DNA of 64,000 nucleotides from positions 937,520 to 1,001,519 of the forward strand of contig MU004193.1 in the NCBI GenBank assembly GCA_010093605.1. Direction: 5' to 3'. The translations under genes were made by a program, and so were the position numbers. The notes beneath the pieces are model-generated. The model saw nothing but the letters and a program-made list of their open reading frames with translations. It ran no database searches and had not been told where the DNA came from. Below are positions 37,350-49,070 of the stretch, one piece after another (the first letter of the stretch is position 1; every line of letters starts with the position of its first letter). Source of the stretch: Lophium mytilinum. Its lineage: Eukaryota.

Positions 37350-38058
37350 GATCTGGGTGTGGTTTCCTGTCTGTAGACAATCGAGGCGCGAGAAAAGTTA
37401 GCAGAGCGATGTCGTTTGTTATCCGCTCTCAAATAGCCCTAGACATGCAGGGCCCGTCGCGTCGATGGGCTGGAAAGGGAGTCTTGTGGAGTATTGGACG
37501 CAATGCTGAGGTGAAAGAGTTTCGAAGGGAACCTTCCATTGGAAGGCGTTCTCGAGCTCGGACCTACGATTATCCGCTCAAGCCATCGTTGAACGTACCC
37601 TCCCATGGACTACATCCCATCTCTCATCAGTGAGCTTTGTTAAACAGCTCCTGTGAACACTGACACATCTCATCTAGCTAGGGTTCATAACGTGTTTTGG
37701 TCTCAGCAGAGATCCCAGCAGGCTAGGCTCCCTCCATAGATGTGGCTGGCTCTATTTCTACTCAGCCACCGCCCAGGGAATGACTCCCAATGTGCATCAA
37801 CTCACCAACATGAATCATTCCCTCTACTAAATGTCATAGGTACCCCAGGCCTCCCTAAAGAATTCCACTTTGCGTTCCTTGAATCCGTAGCCTCCCCTCT
37901 TAGTGCTGTCGGACACTCTCACATATCATTCTTGATAACCTTCTGATCCTCCACGAGACTACCAACATTTCCGCCTTTTGCGCCTTCGGCTTTGGATCGG
38001 ACCTTGTCCTTCTTTACCTCAATCTTGCTTAGTCGAATTCTCTCGCGTAGTCCTTGTC

Positions 38059-39607
38059 ATGGCTTCCGTGGTTCATCTAAAGGGGACCACCCTTGAAGGT
38101 GGAGGCCAGCTGCTTCGAATCGCAGTCGGCGTCTCGGCCCTCACCGCAATTCCTGTCGAAATAACAGACATTCGAGGCAACCGATCTGGTGGAGGTGGAC
38201 TCAAGATGCAGCACCTAGCATCCGTTACCTGGCTCGGAGCGGCCTGTCATGCTCGATTGAGCGGAGCCGGAAACAAGAGCAAACATCTCCTTTTCGCGCC
38301 TGATACCAAAGTAGGTCTCACTTGCGGCGCTTAATTCCCCAGCCCATGAATGCCACTGTCGAGGCCGCTTCGATGAATTGCTAGAGTCTGTGAAGCAGAC
38401 ATGTATTTCATGTTTCTACGCCGTCGAACCTGTAGGCAATCTCTACGGCGCCAGAGGATATCAATTTTTCTTCTATATCATATCATCAGCCCACGTGGTC
38501 TCGAAAGCGATGTACACACGCTCTTTGACTATCGCTTTAGCCTACATGCATGCTGACATCCAAAAGGCTCTCCCCTCTCTCCTCGATTACCGCGAATGCG
38601 AACTTGCAGACGGCAAAACTGTTATCGAATCTCAGATCCTCCAAAGCACCCCCGGTAGCATTGGCCTAGTCTTCCAAGCCATTCTGCCCTTCCTCTTCTT
38701 CTCCGGTTCCTCCCTCTCAATCACACGCGCAGAAGACTCTACCCCAAAACCTATCCGTCTACGCATTACCGGCGGGACGAACTCCTCACTCTCCCCGTCC
38801 TACGACTACATCTGGCAAGTCCTCCTCCCCACATTAGCCCTCGTCGGGATCCCCCCTATCGCCAGCCGACTCCACTCCCGTGGCTGGACGCATGGCGGCA
38901 ACAAAATCGGCGGCATGTCCTTCACAGTAACACCACTCGCGCCGAACACCACACTCCCTGCTTTCACACTCAGAGAGCGAGGCGCTATAACCCATATCCA
39001 AGCCACAATCCTCGCGCCCCAAGCGTGCGAAGTGCACTTCCGCGACGAGCTTGCTACCGTACTAGCGAAGCGCTCTGGATCCCTATTCGACTCCGACGCG
39101 GACACGAATATCGACGTGACGTTCGAAGATAGCAGAAGCGACAAGCGCTTCTATCTTCTCCTCGTTGCGACGAGCAGGACGGGATGTAAGCTGGGCCGGG
39201 ACTGGCTGTATGACCACCGCGTCAAGGATGGTCGTATCAACGACGCGATTCGTGCGCTAGTGAAACAGGTTGTTAATGAGCTGGTGGCGGAGATCGAGAG
39301 CGGCGGGTGCGTGGATGAGTATATGCAGGACCAGCTTGTCGTGTTTCAGGCGCTGGCAGAGGGGCGGAGTGAAGTAGACTGGGGGAATGTGCGCCAGGGG
39401 AGCTTGCACACAAGGACGGCGGAGTGGGTATGTAATGAAATCCTCGGTGTAGAGTTTAACGGTAAGGGTGGGTGCGAGGGTATCGGACTGGCGGCGGGTG
39501 AGGTTTTCGCGGAAAGGTCTGAGATCAAAGTGGCCATGGAGGCGAAGGCGAAGGAGCGAGATGGAGATGATGACCTGGCTGAGGCGGTTGGGAAGCTGGA
39601 GGTATGA
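38059..39607 (+). CDS. RNA 3'-terminal phosphate cyclase (RtcA-type); exons 38059-38310 and 38567-39607
   Basis: GTTLEGGGQLLR, IRGNR..GL..QHL, GSIGLVFQAILP, ITGGTN..SPSYDY, RGW, VDEYMQDQLVVFQALAEG and SLHTRTA. Confidence 0.9.
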
Positions 39608-39750
39608 TACATAGATCTGGCTCGCAGAGGTCGTGAAGAATCCAATCATCTCTGCTAGAAATTAGAACATACCATCCAAATACCCAATACTTTTCGAAGT
39701 TGAGTTTATCACGACTCTGCCCCACTCCGCCCCGCGCAAGGGCTGTCCGC

Positions 39751-40403
39751 ACCATCCTTCCCAACCGCTATATCTCCGCAACGAGCGACTCTATCCAAAT
39801 TCCGGCTCGGTAGAAAGTTTCGCATCGGTCTATTTACTTATTCTACCACAGGATATCTGCTGAAGACGTGTCGTTGTCGAGACACAAATTTGCTCTGTAC
39901 TCCACTCTTTTTGGTAATCCAGCATGCCCACTTACCGGAAGCGGTTGGCGCACGGACTGTGAGGACTATCCCGCCCAACCGCAATATCTCCACAACGAGC
40001 GATTTTATTCAAATTCTAGCTCGGTAGAAAGTTTCGCGTCGGTCTATTTACTTATCTTACCAGAGGATATGTGCTCAAATTGCGTGGTTGAATATACAAA
40101 TTTTCGCTCTGTACTCCACACCTTTTGATAATCCAGCGTGCCAAGGTTACCGGAAACGGTCGGCGCACGGACTGTGAGGAGGGGTAACGACCATCCCGCC
40201 CAACCGCTATATCTCCACAACGAGCGATTTTATTCGAATTCTGGCTCGGTAGAAAGTTTCGCAGCGGCCTATTTACTTATCCTGTTAGAGGATTATTGCT
40301 GAAGACGTGTCGTTGTTGAGACACAAATTCGCTCTGTACTCTACACCTTTTGGCAACACAATTCCCAAAAACAGTAGGTGCACGGACCATTAGGAGGGGT
40401 AAC
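39751..40403 (+). repeat. Degenerate tandem repeat, ~214-225-bp unit x3
   Basis: Copies start near 39751, 39965 and 40190 (CCCAACCGC.ATATCTCC.CAACGAGCGA..CTCGGTAGAAAGTTTCGC..CTATTTACTTAT..GCTCTGTACTC..GCACGGAC). Confidence 0.92.
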
Positions 40404-40557
40404 TAAAAGAGTGCCTATGAGACCACTCCTATGTTGAAAGGGCACGGATGCAAAGCTTCTGTTGATGATGTTTGATACTTCCTATCTCTATAGCATCTGC
40501 TTCTACGACATATCCTCTTACTATTATCACTCCACCCCTTATCCACTGCTTATTCCC

Positions 40558-42483
40558 TCACAAACAGTATCTGAAATGCAAACTCTCCTTATCCGTAATA
40601 TCCTTAAACCCCTCCAGAATCGCCTGCTCATCCGCTCCATTCGCCGTCCTCTCCCCAGGCCCCATAAGCTTATCCCTCTTATGGTTCTCCCACATCATAT
40701 AAAACCGCAAAAACACCCCTATCACCACCATCCCGCAATAACTCACGATGAGTCCAGTAAGCGCAGAGAAATACCGCGGCTTCTCGCGCGCAAAGAAGAT
40801 CTGCGCGCCCGCGATATTACCGCCGGCGTAGAAGCAGAACCACAGCCCATTCGCAATAGATCGTTTTGTGTGCCCCGCAATGTTCGAGGTGAGCAGGTTC
40901 CAAGAGAGGATGACGGGCGCGCCGACCATATACTGGAGCCAGGTGCAGCCGACGAGCGACCATCTGTGGTCTAGCGACGTGAGTCTTATCCCGATCAGTC
41001 CTCCAAGCGGCGGTAGACAGATGATAGCGAGGATGATGCATCGCGTGTCTTTGAAGTAGCCGGCCGCGAGACCGCAGAGTGGCACGAAGAAGAACTCAAA
41101 GGCGCCGGTGGGCAGCTGCAGCAGCGTGGCGTAGATACCGGAGAAGCCAAAGCCTTTGATCAGTGCGGAGCTGAAGTTCGAGACGCCGCCGTTGATGACG
41201 CCGCACGCGAGGCCGATTAGCATCAGGCAGTGGACTTTGATGTCGAGGAGGGCTTCGATGGCTTGCTTGGGTTGGAACTGCTTGGTTTTCACGCCGATCA
41301 TGTTCTCGGCGATGCGGTCGATGGCTATGACGCGTTGCTTGTGCGTGAGGAACTTAGCGGTTGAGGGGGAGTCTGGCATGAACCAGAGCTATTTATGCGT
41401 TAGTAAGGGGATGCTGGGGAGTAGTTGGAGACACGCACGAAGACCCAGGACCAGACGAAGTTCATAAGGCCGATCACGAGGAAGATCAGTTTCCAGCTGC
41501 TGATGGTGGAGGAATGGGTGTGGCCTAGGCCGTAGCCGAGTAGTGCTCCGACCATCGTAGCCATTCCGTTGAAGGCGAGGAAGACGCACATCCGGAGAGG
41601 CTGCTCAGAACGGGTGTAGAACATGCTGCAGATGTTCATGATCGCAGGAGAAATCGAGGCCTCAAACATTCCGAGCAGAAAACGTAAGACGAGTATGCCG
41701 GCGTAATTTGAGGTCGCGGCGTGGCAGCATAGGAGAATGGACCATATGAGGATCATGGTGCCCGTGTATTTGGCGACGGGTAGACGCTGGACGAGAAGGT
41801 TTGCAGGAATAGCCCAGAAGAGGTAGCCGAAATTGAAGATTGAGGCCACCCATGAGTATCGTTGGCTATTGAAGTGTCAGCTACTTCTACCACTATTTCA
41901 ATTGCATAGTCACTTCTTTTGATAGACCTAGAGATGAGAGATGAAATAAGAAGGATCAAGCATACCCCACTAGGTCTAGGTCTTCAAGTAGGGAGTACGC
42001 AGACGCGTAGTTCAGAGATAGCTTGTCAAGGAACTGAATCGTGTATGTTATACAAATCTACATTACAACAAGTCAGATCTTGTTTCTCCTATTTGTCGAA
42101 GTTTGCGGCCGTTTCTTTCCGAGCGAAAATTGCAGATCACGTGACCAATATGTATCCTTGCTGAGCTATAACTTCTCGTCGAGGATGCTGCTAATGTTGA
42201 CTCAAATAGATGACGCCTATTTGAATTGGAGCGTATCTCTCTGTGTATCGGAAAGTAATTGAGAATCACGAAATGGACTCACTATAGGCATGATAACCCA
42301 ATCAATCTTCCTTAGAACCACCTTCCTCTCTGCTTCTAGCTCCTCTCGTGAATAGTGCTGCACTTCGAGGTACAGGTCGGCTCCAATGTCTCGCATCTGC
42401 TTCTCAGCGGCCATCTGGCCCTCCAAGAGGCTGGGCGGTGCTGGAGAAATCCCCCCTGTCTTCTCCTCGAGTTTCTCCGCCAT
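40558..42483 (-). CDS. MFS transporter, allantoate permease (Dal5-like) family, multi-exon
   Basis: VLRKIDWVIMP, DKLSLNYAS, NLLVQRLP, RFLLGMFEA, FYTRSEQPLR, PDSP, NIAGHTKRS, DITDKESLHFRY. Confidence 0.92.
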
Positions 42484-43090
42484 GATGAGGTATCTCACAG
42501 CTGCGATAGCGGTAAAGCGGGGAAAGGTTCTGTTGCTAGCGTTTCAAGCACTATGCGACCGACGTACGCGACCTGGATTATATATGTTGTTGCGACGGGG
42601 CTTCGTCCGCTCAGGATCGGCGTTATCAGGCCGCCTTGAACCCCTTATCGCTCTCGTCGGACGACTCCCGCGATGTTGACTTGCATCGTTGGTCAAGACA
42701 GCGGGGTCTATCATTGCCCTTGTCGAAGTGTGATCGTCGCGTTGGGATTGAGGAACGGGTTGCTGGAGTGGGACTTCATTTGTGGGTCACCCGAAGCTCG
42801 TTTGAGTCTGGCTCTGCTAGGAAGACCTCGGGCTGCTAGCGACGTTCCATCGCTCCTCCACCAGTTCCCTAATCATGACCTTTTATGCTATCATGACTTT
42901 TTTCCCCTATCATCAACTCAACAATCACAATCTGGAGACAAGACCAGATACCGCGGCCTCGAGTTCGAGAGTTCTATGTTCTAGCCCTCTTGCTATTTGT
43001 TCCAGCGGTATCCGACCGCCTGTAATCAGCCATGAAAGTGGGGTGCAGCGGAGCTTATTCAAAGATCAGCCATTCGGGCCATCGCGATGC

Positions 43091-43740
43091 TCATGGCCGA
43101 TAGAGACCTTTTCCACCAGTCTTTGCTCTTAGGGTTCCTTTATCGATGTAGTTTTCCTTCAACCAGTCCAACGGCTTAGTAGTCAAGCCCTCGCCCTGCT
43201 TAATGTAGTTCATCTCTATGTTGCGCACCGTATCTAAACCGACCTTGTCCATCATATCACATGGACCATCTCTCGCACCAAACCAATCTTTGAATAGCAT
43301 GTCGATATCAGCCGGCTCTGCGACGCCTTCAGAGAGGACATGAAGAGATTCGCGCTTTATTGCAGCCCAAATAAGCCTGTGGATTGCTGCTTTACTAGAG
43401 TGGGCTTGAAGCCAACTGAAGCACACTCCCTCATAAGTAGATCGAAGATTGCTTGGTCGGTGTATGTGCTGCTCATGAGCTCCACGCAGGCATTGCTTGG
43501 AGGCATGTAGTGCGTATTGAGAACGCGATTTCTGTAAGAAATATCGATCAGCCTGCGAAGTCTAACCAGTTGATAGCGTTACGAACTTCAATTCTACGCT
43601 CTCCAGCATCTCACTTGACCGGAAAGACGACGAGTTTGTCGCCAGAACGCAATCCGGTCTGGCCAACTGATCCAGCTGGACCATCAAATCGAGCTTCGCT
43701 TCCAAAATCTCAGGAACCCTCCCACTGATTACCGTTACTG
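43091..43740 (-). pseudogene. 3-hydroxyacyl-CoA dehydrogenase family remnant
   Basis: VPEILEAK..LATNSSSFRSSEM, RVLNTHYMPP, RLIWAAIKRESL..EGVA and GPCDMMDKVGLDTV lie in different frames with deletions. N-terminal NAD-binding GxGxxG is missing. Confidence 0.8.
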
Positions 43741-44742
43741 GACGTGACGTACTAGCTATTGAAGTCATCGTGAGTTCTAGTTGACGAAGCCGGGAGGCGG
43801 CCACATTACGGCACAACGGCTTTCAATTCTCAATTCAGCAACTCCTCTCTCCCACTTCAAAGATTTTGAGAATTCACAGTTCATATCGTCTGGCCGAAGC
43901 CTCCGACGTCATCTGTACCTGAAGACGCCTCTTCGAACTTCTTCTCGAAGAAGACTAGACTCCTGATATCTCACGAAGCCTCATGCGGGTCAAGTCTTCG
44001 GCTCGGCTTACCGAGTTAGACTAGTTCCCGGTCACGGGACCCTGATCCCGATGTCCTCAACATTGTGACCTAGCGACCTTCCAATTCAGAAGCAAACAAT
44101 ATAGCCGAGCTATATGGGACTTGCGAAAGGCACGCATGCTAAGAATCTGGTCCAGCTTCAAGAGCTTCAAAGTCGCACAATTTTCTCAGAGATTGTGAAT
44201 ATCAAGAGCCGCATCGCGCTTAATTCTAACGCGACCGCTGCGTTAAGTGAATTCACGGTCGATGATGCTACGGTTGCGTTCACATGCGCATAGTCAGCGG
44301 CCTTTCACAAATATACTAACAACATTACTCAAAGCAATTCAGCTTCTCCGGGAGATGCTTTCAATCTTGGAACGCCAAGCACGACGTCAACGTTCTCAAG
44401 TGATCTTTCTCCTTCACAAGTGTCTCGGTATTTCTCCATGGAATAGTAGTGGTAGTGAGTGCCCTTGAGGGCTTCTACTTCACTGTCAGAGTAATATTAG
44501 TTGGGAAAAACTGCGCATGTGGATTTTTCTCTTTGGTGGGGTTTATGATTCACTTCATCCACAAACTTAAAGTTAGCGCGGATTTAGCCTCATGTCAGCC
44601 ACAGATTACCCTAAACTGGCGACTTAGAGTCATCTTCTCTTCCAACTTTCGAGTCCTTGGCCACCACCCCACCACCTCCTAATCCGCTTCAAAGCCACTT
44701 CAAGAGCACCTCTCGACGCATCAGTTCCCTACATCTCCAGCA

Positions 44743-45828
44743 ATGGGAGCAGATTATCAATCTCTCCCCACCGAATTGCGATGCCAAATCGTCTCCGAAT
44801 TAGTCGATACAATCCACCTCCTCCATAGCAAGCCACCGCTACTAGGATCCCCCAATCTCCGGCAGGTATGCCATCAGATGGCGGACGACCTCGACCTCCT
44901 CTCCGCTTCCTGGATCCCACCCAAAGACACAATCGCCCTATGCTATACCCCCAGCTCCATCGCCATGCTTACGGCCCTCCAAACCCACTATGCCACAATT
45001 GCCCGCGTCTCCAACCGGCCCTGGCACGGCTTCCGCATTCTCGAGCTTCTACTATATAGCAAAGCGGCCTTCTCTTCCGATTCCGGAGCACCACAGTTCA
45101 TCAAGTTTCTCAACTGGCACCACGGCATGGGACTCACTCCTTTCCATCAGAAGTGGTTCGATGCCCTCCGCCACCTCCCACTAGCTATCAATCTCATTCG
45201 CATCGATCTCACGCGGCCGGACAATTACATCCCGAACACCTTTTGCTCACTCTCCACGCACGAGCTCTGGATGAAGTGCGAAGAACTCTTCGTCACAATG
45301 GCGGTAGTCCTGCAATTCGACCGCGATGACGCGCTCGCGCTCCCAGGCGCGAGTAGATGGAATTTTCCGAATCCGTTCGTCCTAGGCCGATCATGGGCTA
45401 CGATCCTACGTCCCCCACGTGGGTTTGAGCTATTCGAGGAACTGCATACGATCAAACTCGAGGTTTGTGGGACGCTGCGTGCTCAAGACATCGCGGAATT
45501 TGACCGCGACACCTGGTTCGGCTTTTGGGGCGCTTGCGCGGGGCGCTCAAAGTTCTATGACCTGTCAGAGTTTGGGGTAAAGCGGCAGGGACGGAAGGGT
45601 AAGGCGGTAGCGGCGGGGATGAGAGTGGCAGTGATTGTGGTGATGCTCGGATTCCCGTTGCTGTGGAAGTTGATGCAGTGGCGGTGGCGTTTCTGGAGTA
45701 AGAGGTTGGCTTGGTTGGCGGAGACGGGTGGTAAAGATGTTGTGCGTTTTGCTTTCTTGATGGAGGTGACTTTCGTTTTGGTGGCTGTTGTGACGATAGC
45801 TTATGGGATTTGTGCACTCATGAAGTAG
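44743..45828 (+). CDS. F-box-like (LPxExR) N-terminal domain protein with two C-terminal hydrophobic segments
   Basis: YQSLPTELRCQI..LRQVCHQM; C-terminal VAVIVVMLGFPLLW and FVLVAVVTIAYGICAL. Confidence 0.7.
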   Translation: MGADYQSLPTELRCQIVSELVDTIHLLHSKPPLLGSPNLRQVCHQMADDLDLLSASWIPPKDTIALCYTPSSIAMLTALQTHYATIARVSNRPWHGFRILELLLYSKAAFSSDSGAPQFIKFLNWHHGMGLTPFHQKWFDALRHLPLAINLIRIDLTRPDNYIPNTFCSLSTHELWMKCEELFVTMAVVLQFDRDDALALPGASRWNFPNPFVLGRSWATILRPPRGFELFEELHTIKLEVCGTLRAQDIAEFDRDTWFGFWGACAGRSKFYDLSEFGVKRQGRKGKAVAAGMRVAVIVVMLGFPLLWKLMQWRWRFWSKRLAWLAETGGKDVVRFAFLMEVTFVLVAVVTIAYGICALMK

Positions 45829-46430
45829 GAGCGTTGGATTTGGGCAATAGAAGTATCGGGAAATTGAGCGAAGGGGGCAGTCAAGAGGTATGAACGTTTG
45901 ATGAGGTAAAGCTCCAAACTTCACATACTTATCGCCTACCTTCTCCTTGTATAAAAGCCGCGAGCGGTGATAAGCTGTAGCCTCATATCACAGGCTTTGG
46001 CTGTTCTCCCATCATACAGGTACCACCGGACCCTCCTATTTTGGTGAATCCACTAAAATAATACCCCTATCGCCAACAATTCTTGCACGATGCATCTAAG
46101 TACCTAAGAAAGCGCTGTCGGGTCCCTTCCTGTCTAGTCGCTTACTCAGCATCTGGTGTATATCATTCTTCCTTCCGCTAATTAGCTAGCTTCCTCACCA
46201 TCATCAATACAACAGCTTTTAGCCCCACATCCGGTCCTGATTGCTTTTCCATCTTACTGTCGCTCAGCGCTCAAATGCGACAAGACTTCATACACCCCAA
46301 GTCACGTTCATTCTTAATCTGAACTTTCTCTCCTATTAAACCCCCAAGGAGAACGCCTGGCACCTCGCAACAACATAAGCAACATCATCTCAACGCCACC
46401 TACCGAGCTTCAAACCCATTACCCCATTCC

Positions 46431-47529
46431 ATGTCGAACCTCAATGAGAGCGGTGCTGAGCCTGACTCTTCGCCACTGCTTCGACTTCCAACAGAGCTCA
46501 GGTTGATTATATGGGGCTTCCTTATCCAGGGGCCGGTTCACGTTAAATTAAAGCCAACGGAGGAGCCTCAGGAACGACGTACTTTCAGGAGAGCACCGCC
46601 GCACAAAACCGACATACCTAGGATGGCTGAGGAGCTTGGTGCCATGTACGTGAGCCCTTCGACTATATCCCAGCTCCGTGCAACTCTCTGCCACCGCTTG
46701 TGGTGGCTCATGGTGTTTCCTTCATCCCTGTCCAGACGGAGCCGAGTGAAGCCTCCATAAAGCACCGGGAATCCCTATAACCACGCACTAAACTAAGTTC
46801 TCACAAATACGTTAACACTGTCAAAGGAGCACAATAACCCCCAGCCTCCTTTCCACGTGCCAGAAAATCGCAAACGAGAGTGTCCCACTCATGGAAAAGC
46901 TACCCTTCATAATGGCATTGTCCGATGTTTCGAAAGCCATCGGCCAGATGACACGAGCTGAGAAGCGACGCATCAAACATGTCTGGATCACGGTTGGGCC
47001 TCATGACGAAAATTATTCCGGTATGCTGCACGATGCAATGCACTCCGGACTACGATACATCTTCAAGCTTGAAACCATCACGTTCATTCTTCCGCCTCCA
47101 ATGGTTGGGCTCGAAGTACAATGGCGGAGCGCGGCCCACTGTTACCTCGTGTACAAGGCGAAGGTCTGGCATCATCATGACCCTGATGAGTTATTCGCCG
47201 TCAGAACTCTTGAGCTCACACGGGGAACCTTTCTCCGCCTGCTCCAAGACCCCACCGTGAAAGCCGCTTTCGCCAAGTACCCGGACTTCAACCTCGAACC
47301 TGACCCCAATGAGGACTGGAGAGTCGGTGTAGAGAGGCTGCTTCAAGAGCACCCTGAAGCTAAGGATCTCTTTGGTCGTGACTGCAAGATTGTCGTTTGG
47401 CCTCGTTCGCCCCAAAATCTTGGGCAAGTTGTGGATATTACGAAGGAGCTGGCGAACAAATCGCATTGGTTTCCGAACACGACGTGCACTTGGAAGGTTG
47501 TGGACTGGAAGGATATCGATAAGATTTGA
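46431..47529 (+). CDS. F-box-like/2EXR-type protein, 2 exons (donor 46646)
   Basis: SPLLRLPTELRLIIWGFL spliced in frame to LLSTCQKIANE and the 46891-47529 ORF. Confidence 0.7.
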
Positions 47530-47929
47530 AGCTAGACTCGACATGGCCGCTGCGGCACTACTCCGTAAGCCTGGGTGAACGGGTTTATCACTGCTTGGCT
47601 GAGAGGTTACTCGTTCGATAAGACTTTGAGGGGTAGACTGGCCAAAACTGTTTGTATGCTTTTTTTTACAAACCTTACAATCAGATGAGATAATGCTTAA
47701 ATATGCGTCTCGCCAAACATGTGATCGAAGTCGGGAGAACATAATGCCAAGAACACTAGACTCCCTCCATCCATGGTTCATCATTTGCACAGCACACTGT
47801 CACTAACAGCAAGCTCTCTACCTCAACTCTGTCCTCACTCTTCAATAACAGTGCTATATTCGAATCTTGTAACACCGACACCTCTCAGTTCCACAGAGAA
47901 TCTTTATCAACCTCCCGCAACCGTTCAAC

Positions 47930-48721
47930 ATGTCTCTCCCCGAATGGACTAATTCCTTACGACAGGATGAATCCCGCCTCAGCTTCCTCGATCTCGCCAT
48001 CGAGATTCGAGAACAGATCTACGACGCATCGCTCGTCGACGCCCGCTGTTCCATCATCGACTGTCATTCCGACGTCTCTCAACACCACGACGGACTAAGC
48101 CTCAAAGCATTAAGCCTCTGTCGCCAAACGAGGGCAGAAGTTGCGAAGGTCTGTAGTCGAAAGACGTTTGAGGGCCACGCCTCATTGACGACCTACCGAC
48201 GACTTCATATCATAAATTATGAAGTGATGGAAAGGACCGAACTACCTATCGCTCGTTCGGTCCCTCCCGCCTTAGCGATGTATATCACTAGTCTCGCCTA
48301 CACTGTACGTTGTGGCCAGCTGTGGGGTGACCCTTTATGCCTCGTATCACTTCATGTCCATCTTCATTATTGGATCGTACGCATAGCGAAGCAGATTCGA
48401 GATGTTTTTCCTGCATCCAGAAACGTTACCTTCGTCCTATTGCATGATACTTCGAATGTTGATCTCGTAAACGAGAGATCCGATGAGAAGATTGAAGAGC
48501 TTGGGAAGGCCAGCGAGTCAGCCAAGGTCGCCGTCTACGAACATGTCACAAACTTCTGGAGAAATACCCACAGACTCCATTGGGGAGATGTTCCGGATTG
48601 GGTCGAGCTCAAGTTCGAACCACGATACATCGAGACCCATACTGTCCTCCCTAGGGTTGTGGTTGATTTGGGCGAGATTTGGGAGATGCTCAAGAAGGAA
48701 CGAGGCGCGGAAAGAGAGTAA
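47930..48721 (+). CDS. F-box-like/2EXR-type protein
   Basis: SFLDLAIEIREQIYDASL..LSLCRQTRAE; single 263-aa ORF. Confidence 0.72.
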   Translation: MSLPEWTNSLRQDESRLSFLDLAIEIREQIYDASLVDARCSIIDCHSDVSQHHDGLSLKALSLCRQTRAEVAKVCSRKTFEGHASLTTYRRLHIINYEVMERTELPIARSVPPALAMYITSLAYTVRCGQLWGDPLCLVSLHVHLHYWIVRIAKQIRDVFPASRNVTFVLLHDTSNVDLVNERSDEKIEELGKASESAKVAVYEHVTNFWRNTHRLHWGDVPDWVELKFEPRYIETHTVLPRVVVDLGEIWEMLKKERGAERE

Positions 48722-49070
48722 CTACCCAGAGATGGCATCATCATGGTAACAGCCAAATACCATTTTTACGAAGCACAGAACAACCTTAAGAGCCTTACAG
48801 GGTGCAGCTGGTAGTATTGGTGGTTGGTCTCTTCGTGGGACCCCAACTGGCCTGTTCTCAACCACGGTCTGCCATCCCTGGAACCGTGATCACAAACACA
48901 CAATTAGAAAACGTTCAGAACCGACGCAGCTAAAAAAAAGTACCCCCACTTCGGCAGCGTACTCAGATTCTACGTCAGCAAGAACTCTCGACTACCATCT
49001 CACTCCTCTCACCCATACCAACCTTCCCTCCGAAAGCCACTCCACCTCAACCCCTCAGTCGCCCTCCAAG

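Noticed and set aside
39751..40403. CRISPR-like array
   Set aside because: Eukaryotic context, and whole units are homologous with no unique spacers.
30154..43740. Secondary-metabolite cluster (SDR, TmpA-like, GFA, MFS, dehydrogenase)
   Set aside because: No PKS, NRPS, terpene synthase or other core enzyme and no cluster-type transcription factor in the window.
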